From an uncultured Clostridia bacterium (lineage in GTDB: Bacteria > Bacillota > Clostridia > TANB77 > UBA1234), in NCBI GenBank assembly GCA_947588905.1, contig CANQBB010000003.1, forward strand, positions 1 through 60,629: DNA of 60,629 nucleotides, given 5' to 3'. Shown piece by piece: positions 42,789 to 52,395 of the stretch (within the stretch, counting starts at the first letter, position 1; each line of letters opens with the position of its first letter). The position numbers and the translations under genes are program-made. The notes under the pieces are model-generated. The model saw only the letters and a program-made list of their open reading frames with translations, was not told the origin of the DNA and did no database searches.

Positions 42789-43478
42789 ATGAAGAAGCGG
42801 ACGATAAACATAATTCTTGAGGTTTTGTGCGTAGTGATTTTGATTGAGGTTTTTGCATTGTGCTTTGTATATAAGCCCATTAGGAAGATTATAATGGATT
42901 GTTTTGAAAAGGTTCGTGAAAAATGTGAAGAATGCTATGAAGCAGTTTATGAAGTCTGTGAAAATGCTATTTATAAGTTGCTCAATAAGAGTGAGAATGA
43001 TTCATACATAACTAATGAAGGTATTAAAATACAAGATATTGGTAACTTTGAGATAGGCAAAATAATTAACTTTACTGTACCATATGGAAGCACTGTTGGA
43101 AAACTGGAAATAGATGATAATATGACAATTGAAGCTATTGGTATAGAGAGTGATAAAACAACTATTACAATTTTTCTTGAAAATCTTGGTACAGATGCTG
43201 ATATTGATGCTGCTAAAAAATCTAGAGATGCTGTTGTAGAATCTTTGAAAGCAACATCAGATATAAAATTAGTTGGCACTGCGACTGTTGGCGATAGAAT
43301 AGCAACAGCTAATTATACATATAATGATAGCTATAATATAACAGTAGCAGTAATTGGGCTTGGAGATAAGACTATTTTGATATGCAACAAATACCAGCTT
43401 GAGAATCAGTTTGAAGCTGAAAATTGTTTTGTAGCACTTTTGGGAGAAATAGAAGGCTTATTGAAAGAAGGGCAGTAA
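42789..43478 (+). CDS. Hypothetical membrane-anchored protein
   Basis: RBS aggaggg, N-terminal TM helix, 229 aa; in-frame CGG at codon 4. Confidence 0.65.
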   Translation: MKKRTINIILEVLCVVILIEVFALCFVYKPIRKIIMDCFEKVREKCEECYEAVYEVCENAIYKLLNKSENDSYITNEGIKIQDIGNFEIGKIINFTVPYGSTVGKLEIDDNMTIEAIGIESDKTTITIFLENLGTDADIDAAKKSRDAVVESLKATSDIKLVGTATVGDRIATANYTYNDSYNITVAVIGLGDKTILICNKYQLENQFEAENCFVALLGEIEGLLKEGQ

Positions 43479-43481
43479 ACC

Positions 43482-43826
43482 ATGAATAAAGAAACTTTTT
43501 GTGAGCAATTTATTGCTTTGGCAGAAGAGCATTATCAATTGCTAAAAAAGAAAAATTATTCTAAGCGGGCTAGAGTAAATAAAAAATTACTAGAAATGTT
43601 AAGCTCCATTTCGATATATTTTATAGATATAGAGGAGTTTATAAGAAGTATTATTACCTCAAAAAATGAGTCGGCCATTTTGTGGATTTCAAATTATGCA
43701 CTTTATAATAAATTGTGTCGTCAAGAAATTATAAAAGCACTTGAATATATATACAATAATTCCAATGATTCAATTCATTCTGCTTCTGCTTATACAATTT
43801 TACTAAACAATAAAGTTAATGTTTAA
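43482..43826 (+). CDS. Putative immunity protein (DUF2019-like, tentative)
   Basis: 114-aa helical protein adjacent to the toxin gene; the N.K...L....A.LW pattern recalls DUF2019. Family assignment is from memory. Confidence 0.45.
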   Translation: MNKETFCEQFIALAEEHYQLLKKKNYSKRARVNKKLLEMLSSISIYFIDIEEFIRSIITSKNESAILWISNYALYNKLCRQEIIKALEYIYNNSNDSIHSASAYTILLNNKVNV

Positions 43827-43828
43827 AG

Positions 43829-43855
43829 CTTGGCTTTTTTAAAGCCAAGTTTTTT
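43829..43855 (+). terminator. Intrinsic terminator between putative immunity gene and toxin gene
   Basis: cttggcttt / aaagccaag stem plus T run. Confidence 0.7.
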
Positions 43856-43897
43856 GTTAAAAATTCATAGCAATTAGTTATCATAGGAGGTGGCTAC

Positions 43898-46060
43898 ATG
43901 ACTATGAAGCTCCGGAAGATTTTAACAGTTTTTCTGATTCTTGCAGTAGTGCTTATGAATATGCCTGCAATGGCATTGACAACGTATAGTATTAACACAC
44001 TTTTTGAAACCAACAAAGATAATGTTTCGATATATAGTGAACCGTATAAAGATTCTCAAAAACTTCATACTTTTAATCGGGCTGGTAGCACGGTTTATGT
44101 ATATGAAGGAGTTATAAATGATTATGGAAATTTGTGGTATGCAGTAGATGGAGGATATATAAATTCTAATCATATTGATGAGCATGTACATGTAGCAGCT
44201 GCATGTGCATCAAATACCTCTACAAGATATGAAGTATGTGATGAAAATGGACATAATAAGATATACTATGAGGGTGATTATATATGTAGGTGTGGAGAAT
44301 ATGTAGAAGATGGACAAACAACGGTAGAGTATGAGTTGCATAGTTTTTCTAGAGACGACATATGTACTGTATGCGGATATCAAAAAGAGCATGTTCACGT
44401 AGCAGTGGCATGTGCATCAAATTCATATACAAGCTATGAAGTATGTGATGAATATGGTCATAATAAGATATACTATGAAGGGGATTATATATGCAAATGT
44501 GGAGCATATGTAGAAGATGGACAAACAATAGTAGAATATGAATCACATAGTTTTTCTCAAGATGATATATGTACTGTATGTGGATATCAAAAAGAGCATG
44601 TCCATGTGGCGGCAGCGTGTGCATCAAATTCATCTATAAGATATGAAGTATGCGATGAAAATGGACATAATAAGATATACTATGAGGGCGACTATATATG
44701 CAAATGTGGAGCATATGTAGAAGATGGACAAACAATAGTAGAGTATGAATCACATAGTTTTTCTCAAGATGACATATGTACAGTATGTGGATATCAAAAA
44801 GAGCATGTACACGTGGCAGTGGCATGCGCGTCAAACTCTAGAAAATATTATGAAGATATTAGTTTTGATGGACATACTGTGGTTACTTATGAAGGCGACT
44901 ATATATGCAAATGTGGTGCATTTGTAGAAGAAGGCAAATATGAGAGAACGTTTGAACCGCACTCATATGATGAGAATAATATTTGTACTTCATGTGGATA
45001 TGTAAAAACACATGAACATGTTGCAGTAGCTTGTGCCAGTAATGGTGGAGCATGGGTAAAAGACATAAATGAAAATACACATACTGTAGTTATATATGAA
45101 GGCGATTATATATGTAGTTGTGGGGAATTTGTAAGAAGAGGACTAGAAACAGAAAATATTGAAAATCATTCTTTTTCAAATGATGTTTGCAGTGTATGTG
45201 GATATACAAGAACTCATGTACATACAGGAAGTAGTTGCAGGTATGGCTATGTTGAGTATAAAGACATAACTGCAACAACTCATAGAGTAGTAGGAACTAC
45301 AGGAGAAACATATTGTTCTTGTGGCTATAAAATTTCTGATAGTAGTCCTATAGATGAAGTACAAAAACATAATTTTGAAAACGGAAAATGCATTGAATGT
45401 GGATATGAAAGTAATTTTGGAGATTATGTAGTTTCTTCTTCTGAGCAGGCTGTATTAGGGGACTTTTCTGATGAATCTTCTTTTGGTGGTTTAGTATTAG
45501 AAGTTGTTGTAGGAGAAATACCAATTGTTGGTACAATAGCTGATATAAGAGATTTTGCTGGAAGTATTATAAATTACAAATCTCCAGCAGATGTAGCATT
45601 AAATGCTATTGGACTAATTCCTCTTGTTGGAGCATTAAAATTCTCTGATGAAGTATATGATGTTACTAAAAATTCAGATGAAATAATAGATGTTGTAGAC
45701 ACTACTACAGATGGTTTTCGGTATGTAGATAAAGCTTCTGACCAGATTGAAGAATTTTCAAGTTATGGAAAGTTTAAAAATGAATTTGGTAGAGCTGGAG
45801 ACAATATGCAATGGCATCATATTGTCGAACAATCTCAGATTTCAAAAAGTGGTTTTAGTTCTAGTCAAATCAATAGTACTTATAATATTATTTCATTAGA
45901 TGTTGAAACGCATCGGAAAGTTACAGCATTTTATAATAGTAAAATTGAAGGTTTGAATATAACTGTTAGAGATTGGTTGGCAGCTCAAAACATGTCTTAT
46001 GAAGAACAATATAATTATGGACTAAAAGTTTTGGAAAGGTTTGGAGTAAAAGTGAGATAA
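43898..46060 (+). CDS. Secreted polymorphic-toxin-like protein: signal peptide, SH3b-like domain, six Cys/His repeats, PT-TG-like region, C-terminal HNH-type nuclease
   Basis: Signal peptide; NLWYAVDGGYI; repeats; GEIPIVGTIADIRD...IGLIPLVGALK; QWHHIVEQ...N..N....H.KV..FY. Confidence 0.72.
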   Translation: MTMKLRKILTVFLILAVVLMNMPAMALTTYSINTLFETNKDNVSIYSEPYKDSQKLHTFNRAGSTVYVYEGVINDYGNLWYAVDGGYINSNHIDEHVHVAAACASNTSTRYEVCDENGHNKIYYEGDYICRCGEYVEDGQTTVEYELHSFSRDDICTVCGYQKEHVHVAVACASNSYTSYEVCDEYGHNKIYYEGDYICKCGAYVEDGQTIVEYESHSFSQDDICTVCGYQKEHVHVAAACASNSSIRYEVCDENGHNKIYYEGDYICKCGAYVEDGQTIVEYESHSFSQDDICTVCGYQKEHVHVAVACASNSRKYYEDISFDGHTVVTYEGDYICKCGAFVEEGKYERTFEPHSYDENNICTSCGYVKTHEHVAVACASNGGAWVKDINENTHTVVIYEGDYICSCGEFVRRGLETENIENHSFSNDVCSVCGYTRTHVHTGSSCRYGYVEYKDITATTHRVVGTTGETYCSCGYKISDSSPIDEVQKHNFENGKCIECGYESNFGDYVVSSSEQAVLGDFSDESSFGGLVLEVVVGEIPIVGTIADIRDFAGSIINYKSPADVALNAIGLIPLVGALKFSDEVYDVTKNSDEIIDVVDTTTDGFRYVDKASDQIEEFSSYGKFKNEFGRAGDNMQWHHIVEQSQISKSGFSSSQINSTYNIISLDVETHRKVTAFYNSKIEGLNITVRDWLAAQNMSYEEQYNYGLKVLERFGVKVR
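44183..45410 (+). repeat. Six tandem 207-nt (69-aa) intragenic repeats
   Basis: Units start at 44183, 44390, 44597, 44804, 45011 and 45215. The first three are near-identical and the later ones diverge. Confidence 0.92.
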
Positions 46061-46066
46061 GAAAAA

Positions 46067-46146
46067 GCGCACATTGAGGATATTCCTTAATGTGCGCATT
46101 CTTTTTCGCACATTAAGGGGCATCCCTAATGTACGCCTAATGTGCA
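46067..46146. repeat. Tandem palindromic (REP-like) units downstream of the toxin gene
   Basis: gcgcacattgagga-tat-tccttaatgtgcgc (46067-46097), cgcacattaagggg-cat-ccctaatgtacgc (46107-46136), and a partial ctaatgtgca. Confidence 0.7.
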
Positions 46147-46208
46147 TATTGACTTTTAGTTTGTTTATTGATATATTATTAACGTATAAGCATAGATTGG
46201 AGGAGTTT

Positions 46209-46703
46209 ATGGTTTTATTTCCAGATATGTATTATAAAAACGTTCAAAGTATTAGTTTACAAGACTTAAAAGAACATGAAATTAAAGGGTTAATATTAGA
46301 TGTAGATAATACTTTAATAGATTATAAAAAAGTAGTTAGCAAGGAAGTAATTGATTGGGTGGAAAGTGTTAAGAATGCTGGCTATAAAGTATGCATTTTG
46401 TCAAATTCTAATAATAAAGATAAAATATCAAAAGTTGCTAACGTACTTGGAATTGATTATTATATGCTGGCGAAAAAACCTTTTAAAAGTGGATTTAAAA
46501 AAGTACAAAAGATATTTGATTTACCAGCGAAAAATATAGCAGCTATTGGAGATCAAGTGTTTACTGATGTTTTAGGTGCTAATAGAATGAATATGATTTC
46601 TATTTATGTAGAACCAATAAACAAAAAAGAATATTGGTATACAAAATGGAAAAGACCAATTGAATCTTTTATATTAAAAAAGAGACCAAATGTAACAAAT
46701 TAA
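46209..46703 (+). CDS. yqeG: YqeG-family HAD IIIA phosphatase
   Basis: LILDVDNTL, ILSN, AKKP, IGDQVFTDVLGANR. The ATG at 46209 follows ggagg; the track's 46074 start runs through the repeat. Confidence 0.88.
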   Translation: MVLFPDMYYKNVQSISLQDLKEHEIKGLILDVDNTLIDYKKVVSKEVIDWVESVKNAGYKVCILSNSNNKDKISKVANVLGIDYYMLAKKPFKSGFKKVQKIFDLPAKNIAAIGDQVFTDVLGANRMNMISIYVEPINKKEYWYTKWKRPIESFILKKRPNVTN

Positions 46704-46718
46704 GAAAGAGGAATTTTT

Positions 46719-47411
46719 ATGGGTATTATTTTTTATAATATTTTAGTAGCAGTAGTTGGACTTGCAATGTCACCTTTTATTACAGCTCTTATTACAAGAT
46801 ATAGCAAAGAAAAGCAAATATTTACAAATGATTTTTTCAAAGATGTAAAGTTTGATATAAAAGTTGCATTATTTGTATCATTATCTTTTATAGCTCTTTT
46901 ATATTTCTTTGGATTAGGACTTAAATTTGCAATATATTCATTTTTAGCAGTATTACTAATTATTTCATTCTTTGTTGATATGAGAGCGCAGATAATACCA
47001 AATGAGACAAATTTCATTGGTTTTATAGTTGGAATAATTATTGCATATATTAAATTTACAGAGAGTGGAGAAGCTGGTGGTGATGCATTATTAGGTATGG
47101 TCGTTGGTGCTGGTATATTTCTTTTAATTGCATTATTTGCATTACTTGTTTATAAAAAAGAAGGAATGGGATTAGGCGATGTTAAGTTGATGGGAATGTT
47201 AGGTTTGTTCTTTGGTTTTGCAGATACAGTTCAAATCTTTATATTTTCATTTTTCATAGGTGCAATGATTAGTGTTATTTTGCTTATTGCAAGAAAGAAA
47301 AAAACAGATGATTATGTACCTTTTGGACCATTTATAGTAATGGCATCATTTATAACAATGTTGATACCCGCATCAACAACTATAGGATGGCTTTTAACTA
47401 ACTGGGTATAA
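46719..47411 (+). CDS. Prepilin peptidase (A24 family), lacking the N-terminal Cys-cluster domain
   Basis: FFVDMRAQIIP, GMGLGDVKL, VPFGPFI; multi-pass membrane. Confidence 0.82.
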   Translation: MGIIFYNILVAVVGLAMSPFITALITRYSKEKQIFTNDFFKDVKFDIKVALFVSLSFIALLYFFGLGLKFAIYSFLAVLLIISFFVDMRAQIIPNETNFIGFIVGIIIAYIKFTESGEAGGDALLGMVVGAGIFLLIALFALLVYKKEGMGLGDVKLMGMLGLFFGFADTVQIFIFSFFIGAMISVILLIARKKKTDDYVPFGPFIVMASFITMLIPASTTIGWLLTNWV

Positions 47412-47435
47412 TTTAAAGTGTAGAAAGGGAAAAAA

Positions 47436-48116
47436 ATGATAAAGACGAAAGAAGAAATTGAAAAATTAAAATATGCGTCTAGCTTAACAGATAAAGGGTT
47501 TGAATATATATGTAAAAATATTAAGCCAGGAATGACAGAAATACAAATTGCTAAAATGCTTGATGAATATATGTTTTCTCTTGGAGCATCAGGAGTAGCA
47601 TTTGATACAATAGTTGGTTCAGGAGTTAATTCTTCACAAATTCATTCTATACCAACAGAAAGAAAAATTCAGGAAGAAGATATTATACTAATGGATTTTG
47701 GGTATATTGTTAATGGATATTGCTCTGATATGTCTAGAACGATTTTTGTAGGCAAGATTACTGATAAGCAAAAAGAGATGTATGATTTAGTATATAAAAC
47801 TCAAATGAATGCAATAGAAAATATAAAAGTAGGAATGACTGCAAAAGAAGCAGATTTATTGGGAAGAAAATTTATATTAGATAAAGGGCTTGACTATAAT
47901 CATGCATTAGGTCACGGAATAGGACAAGTTGTACATGAAGAATTAGTATTGTCACCTAAAAGAGATACAATATTAGAAAAAAATATGGTTTTTACAATTG
48001 AACCAGGAATATATTTAGAAAATGAATTTGGAATTAGAATTGAAGATGTTGTTTTGCTAAAAGATGATGGAGTAGAAACATTATCAAATGCAACTAAAAA
48101 AGTAGTAGTAATCTAA
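47436..48116 (+). CDS. M24-family Xaa-Pro aminopeptidase (catalytic domain only)
   Basis: FDTIV, MDFG...GYCSDMSRT, HALGHGIG..VHE, FTIEPGIY, GIRIEDVV. Confidence 0.88.
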   Translation: MIKTKEEIEKLKYASSLTDKGFEYICKNIKPGMTEIQIAKMLDEYMFSLGASGVAFDTIVGSGVNSSQIHSIPTERKIQEEDIILMDFGYIVNGYCSDMSRTIFVGKITDKQKEMYDLVYKTQMNAIENIKVGMTAKEADLLGRKFILDKGLDYNHALGHGIGQVVHEELVLSPKRDTILEKNMVFTIEPGIYLENEFGIRIEDVVLLKDDGVETLSNATKKVVVI

Positions 48117-48141
48117 ATTAAAAAAGAGAGGATGATTTGAT

Positions 48142-49083
48142 TTGAAACTTAATTTTTTTGCAAGAATTTATTTAGCAATTACTGATTTTAGGTTGTATCC
48201 ATTTATTGTTCAAAAAGAGAAATTTATACATGCATTATTATATTTTTTAGGATTTATTCTTTTAGTAACAGCTATTTTATCTACAGGAGTAACTGTAAAA
48301 ATTTTAAATTGGCTTAATGATGCTATGTTAATTTATAATAGTCAAGTACCTGAATTTACTATTACTGATGGAATACTAGATTTAGACAAAAATATAGATA
48401 TTTCATTTGATGATATTCGTGTTCTTGGAAATGATAATTACACTATTAGTAATGTAGAAGAAAGATTAGGAGATATAAATGTAAAGGAAAATATGATTAT
48501 ATTGTTCTTAAAAGATGGAGTATCCGTTGGAAGTAAAGATAATGGATTTAGAATTTTTGAATATGGCAGAGATTTAAATACAAATAAAAAAGAAGTTTAT
48601 ATGGGAATGGAATATGCATTAAGTAGTGTGGTATTTAAGTTATCTCTTGCAGTTGGAATATTATGTGGAATATTTGTTGCATATTTAATTTCAAAATTTA
48701 TTCATATATTATTCATTACTGTTGCTTTAATGTTCTTAGGTCTTGTATTTAATACAAAACATAAATTTATTGATTATATGAAAGTAGCCTTTTATGTTAT
48801 AACTTTACCTATTATAACTGAGATTATAGCTTTAATGGTTATTGGTGAAATTAACACATATGCTAGCATAACATATTTCTTATTGATGTGGGTTTATATG
48901 TATTATGCAATTAGAGCTTTAAAATTAGATTATATTATTATGAGTACACAGCAAAAAATTATGGGAATGAAATTTACCGAAATGAACAATAATGCTGATA
49001 ATAGTAAAAAAGAAAAGAATGAAGATAAATTAGAAGAAAAGCAAGAAGAGAAAAAAGATGAAGATAAACCAGAGGAAAAGTAA
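48142..49083 (+). CDS. DUF1189-like membrane protein
   Basis: N-terminal TM, extracellular loop with VPEFTITDGIL, three C-terminal TMs, charged tail. Confidence 0.65.
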   Translation: MKLNFFARIYLAITDFRLYPFIVQKEKFIHALLYFLGFILLVTAILSTGVTVKILNWLNDAMLIYNSQVPEFTITDGILDLDKNIDISFDDIRVLGNDNYTISNVEERLGDINVKENMIILFLKDGVSVGSKDNGFRIFEYGRDLNTNKKEVYMGMEYALSSVVFKLSLAVGILCGIFVAYLISKFIHILFITVALMFLGLVFNTKHKFIDYMKVAFYVITLPIITEIIALMVIGEINTYASITYFLLMWVYMYYAIRALKLDYIIMSTQQKIMGMKFTEMNNNADNSKKEKNEDKLEEKQEEKKDEDKPEEK

Positions 49084-49155
49084 AAAAAGAAGAAAGATGA
49101 AGATTCAAAAGATAATGAACAAAAATAGATTTCATAAAGAAAGGATGTAATTTTC

Positions 49156-49443
49156 ATGGCAGTTAAAAGAGAAGATATTGAACATATTGCTAATTTAAGT
49201 ATGTTAAATCTTTCAGAAGAAGAAATAACAAAATATACAAAAGACATGGAAGAAATAGTTGGATTTGCAAATACAATAAATGAAATTGATACATCTAAGA
49301 TAGAAGAATCAGCATTTGCATTAGATGCAGTTAATGTTTTTAGAAAAGATGAAGTTAGAGAATCTTTTGATAAAGACTTACTTTTAAGTAATGCACCAAG
49401 TAGTAATGGAGAAGCATACTCAATACCTAATGTAATGGACTAA
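49156..49443 (+). CDS. gatC: Asp/Glu-tRNA amidotransferase subunit C
   Basis: EHIANLSMLNLSEEE, NVFRKDEV, LLSNAP; gatCAB order. Confidence 0.93.
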   Translation: MAVKREDIEHIANLSMLNLSEEEITKYTKDMEEIVGFANTINEIDTSKIEESAFALDAVNVFRKDEVRESFDKDLLLSNAPSSNGEAYSIPNVMD

Positions 49444-49465
49444 TTAAATTTAAGGAGGAAGTGTA

Positions 49466-50908
49466 ATGAATTCAATTTGTGAAATGACAGCTCATGAAAT
49501 AAGAGATGCTTATGATAAAAAAGAACTAACAGTTACAGAAGTAACAAAAGCATTTTTAGATAATATAAAAGAAAAAGATAATGATATAAAAGCTTTCATT
49601 ACTGTTTGTGAAGATGAAGCAATGAAAAAAGCTGAAGAAGTTCAAAAGATGTTTGATGATGGAAAAGATTTAGGACCTTTAGCTGGGATTCCGATTGCAA
49701 TAAAAGATAATATTTGTACAAAAGGAATAAAAACAACTTGTGCATCTAAAATGTTAGAAAATTTTATACCACCATATGATGCATCTGTTATGAATATGAT
49801 AAATGATTCTAATGCAATAGTTATTGGAAAAACTAATATGGATGAATTTGCTATGGGAGGTTCAACAGAAAATTCAGCATTTTTTAAAACGAAAAATCCA
49901 GTTAATTTAAATAAAGTTCCTGGAGGTTCATCGGGTGGAAGTGCAGCTGCTGTTGCAGCTAGTCTTTCTCCAATTGCTTTGGGAAGTGATACAGGTGGAA
50001 GTATTAGAGAACCTGCATCTTTTTGTGGGGTTGTTGGAATGAAGCCTACATATGGTCTTGTTTCAAGATATGGTCTTGTTGCCTTTGCATCGTCTCTTGA
50101 TCAAATTGGACCTTTTAGTAAAGATGTAAAAGATAATGCAATGCTTCTTTCTTTAGTAGCTGGTAATGATAATATGGATTCAACTTCTGCAAATGTAGAT
50201 AAAAAAGATTATACTAAATCTTTGACTAATGATGTTAAAGGTTTAAAAATTGGAATTCCTAAAGAATATTATGGTGAAGGAATAAATAATGAAGTTAAAT
50301 CGTCTGTTGAAACAGCTATTCAAAAGTTTAAAGATATGGGAGCTATTGTTGAAGAATGTTCTCTTCCTATAACAGAATATGCTTTGCCAACTTATTATAT
50401 AATTGCTTGTGCTGAAGCTAGTTCAAATTTGGGAAGATATGATGGTATTAGATATGGATACAGAACTAAAAAGTTTGATTCATTAAAAGATATATATAGA
50501 AATAGTAGAACAGAAGGTTTTGGAGAAGAGGTAAAAAGAAGAATTATTCTTGGAACTTATGTGCTTTCTTCTGGGTACTATGATGCTTATTATAAAAAAG
50601 CACAAAAAGTTAGAACTCTTGTAAAACAAGGTTTCGAAGAAGCATTTAAAAAGTATGATGTTCTTATAACACCAACAGTTCCAACAGTTGCATTTGATAT
50701 TGGCTCAAAAACTGAAAATCCATTAGAAATGTATATGACAGATATTTTGACAGTATCAATCAACATAGCTGGTGTGCCTGCAATTTCTATTCCTTGTGGA
50801 AAAGATAAAGAAGGAATGCCAATTGGAATGCAAATTATAGGAAAACATTTTGATGAAGAAACATTATATAGAGTTGCATATTCATATGAACAGGAAAGCA
50901 AAAAATAA
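49466..50908 (+). CDS. gatA: Asp/Glu-tRNA amidotransferase subunit A
   Basis: [57 protein letters not shown]. Confidence 0.96.
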   Translation: MNSICEMTAHEIRDAYDKKELTVTEVTKAFLDNIKEKDNDIKAFITVCEDEAMKKAEEVQKMFDDGKDLGPLAGIPIAIKDNICTKGIKTTCASKMLENFIPPYDASVMNMINDSNAIVIGKTNMDEFAMGGSTENSAFFKTKNPVNLNKVPGGSSGGSAAAVAASLSPIALGSDTGGSIREPASFCGVVGMKPTYGLVSRYGLVAFASSLDQIGPFSKDVKDNAMLLSLVAGNDNMDSTSANVDKKDYTKSLTNDVKGLKIGIPKEYYGEGINNEVKSSVETAIQKFKDMGAIVEECSLPITEYALPTYYIIACAEASSNLGRYDGIRYGYRTKKFDSLKDIYRNSRTEGFGEEVKRRIILGTYVLSSGYYDAYYKKAQKVRTLVKQGFEEAFKKYDVLITPTVPTVAFDIGSKTENPLEMYMTDILTVSINIAGVPAISIPCGKDKEGMPIGMQIIGKHFDEETLYRVAYSYEQESKK

Positions 50909-50930
50909 AATGAAAGGAAGAAACACTTAA

Positions 50931-52361
50931 ATGGAATATGAGGTTATAATTGGAATTGAAGTTCATGCAGAACTTTCTACAAAAACAAAAATATATTGTG
51001 GATGTACAACAGAATTTGGTGGAGACCCAAATACACATTGTTGTCCAGTATGTACAGGTATGCCAGGGGCTCTTCCCGTTTTAAATGAAAAAGTTGTTGA
51101 ATATGCAGTCAAGGCTGGGCTTGCAACTAATTGTGAAATTGCAAGAGAAAGCAAACAAGACAGAAAAAATTATTTTTATCCTGACTTGCCAAAAGCATAT
51201 CAAATATCACAATATGATAAACCACTATGTGAACATGGCATAGTTGAAATAGATATAAATGGAAAGAAGAAAAATATTGGAATTACTAGAATACATATAG
51301 AAGAAGATGCAGGAAAATTAGTGCATGACAGTTATACTGGTGGAACTTTGGTTGATTTAAACAGAGCGGGAGTTCCTTTGATAGAAATTGTTTCTGAACC
51401 TGATATGAGGTCATCAGAAGAAGCAGTTGCATATGTAGAAAAATTAAAAGGAATTTTGGAGTATATAGGAGTTTCAGATTGTAAAATGCAAGAAGGTTCA
51501 CTTCGTGCTGATGTTAACCTATCTATTAGACCAGTTGGAACAGAAAAGTTTGGAACTAGAACAGAAACTAAAAATTTAAATTCATTTAGAGCAATTGCTA
51601 GAGCCATTGAATTTGAAATTGAAAGACAAAAAGAAGTTTTAAATTCTGGTGGAATAGTATATCAAGAAACAAGAAGATGGGATGATGAAGCTGGCGAAGG
51701 ATATGCAATGAGAACTAAAGAAGATGCACATGATTATAGATATTTTCCTGAACCTGATTTGTTACCTGTTCATTTATCAGAAGAATATATAAATAATTTA
51801 AAAGATACATTACCAGAACTTCCTGAAAGCAGAAAAGAAAGATATATAAATGATATGGGACTTCCAGAATATGACGCGGGAATTATTACATCTTCTAAAT
51901 ATTTATCTGACTTTTTTGAAGAAACAACTAAAGAATGTGGAAATGCAAAAGCAGTAAGTAACTGGATTATGGGAGATATAATAAGAGTTGTAAAGGATAA
52001 ATTTTTAGAATATAGTGAAATACCTATAACAACTACTAACATGGCAAACTTGATTAAACTAGTTGATAAAGGAACAATTAGTAGTTCTATTGCTAGAAAA
52101 GTATTTGATGAAGTTGTTGAAACTGGAAAAGACCCTGAAACTATTGTTAAAGAAAAAGGGCTTGTTCAAATTTCTGATGAAGGTGCAATAAAAGAAGTTG
52201 TAGATAAAATTATTTCTGCTAATCCTCAATCTATTGCAGATTATAAAGTAGGTAAAGATAGAGCTCTTGGATTTTTAGTTGGACAATGTATGAAAGAAAT
52301 GAAAGGAAAAGGAAATCCTCAAATTTTAAATAAACTTATTTTAGAAGAATTAAATAAATAA
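50931..52361 (+). CDS. gatB: Asp/Glu-tRNA amidotransferase subunit B
   Basis: IGIEVHAEL, YFYPDLPKAYQISQ, HIEEDAGK, DYRYFPEPDL, FLVGQCMK. Confidence 0.96.
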   Translation: MEYEVIIGIEVHAELSTKTKIYCGCTTEFGGDPNTHCCPVCTGMPGALPVLNEKVVEYAVKAGLATNCEIARESKQDRKNYFYPDLPKAYQISQYDKPLCEHGIVEIDINGKKKNIGITRIHIEEDAGKLVHDSYTGGTLVDLNRAGVPLIEIVSEPDMRSSEEAVAYVEKLKGILEYIGVSDCKMQEGSLRADVNLSIRPVGTEKFGTRTETKNLNSFRAIARAIEFEIERQKEVLNSGGIVYQETRRWDDEAGEGYAMRTKEDAHDYRYFPEPDLLPVHLSEEYINNLKDTLPELPESRKERYINDMGLPEYDAGIITSSKYLSDFFEETTKECGNAKAVSNWIMGDIIRVVKDKFLEYSEIPITTTNMANLIKLVDKGTISSSIARKVFDEVVETGKDPETIVKEKGLVQISDEGAIKEVVDKIISANPQSIADYKVGKDRALGFLVGQCMKEMKGKGNPQILNKLILEELNK

Positions 52362-52395
52362 TTATAAAATTTTATTAAAAAAGGAGGAATTTTAA

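Noticed and set aside
44183-45410. CRISPR array
   Set aside because: The units are 207 nt, in frame within a protein and have no unique spacers; no cas genes are in the window.
46074-46208. N-terminal extension of YqeG in the ORF track
   Set aside because: It runs through the palindromic repeats; the RBS-supported ATG is at 46209.
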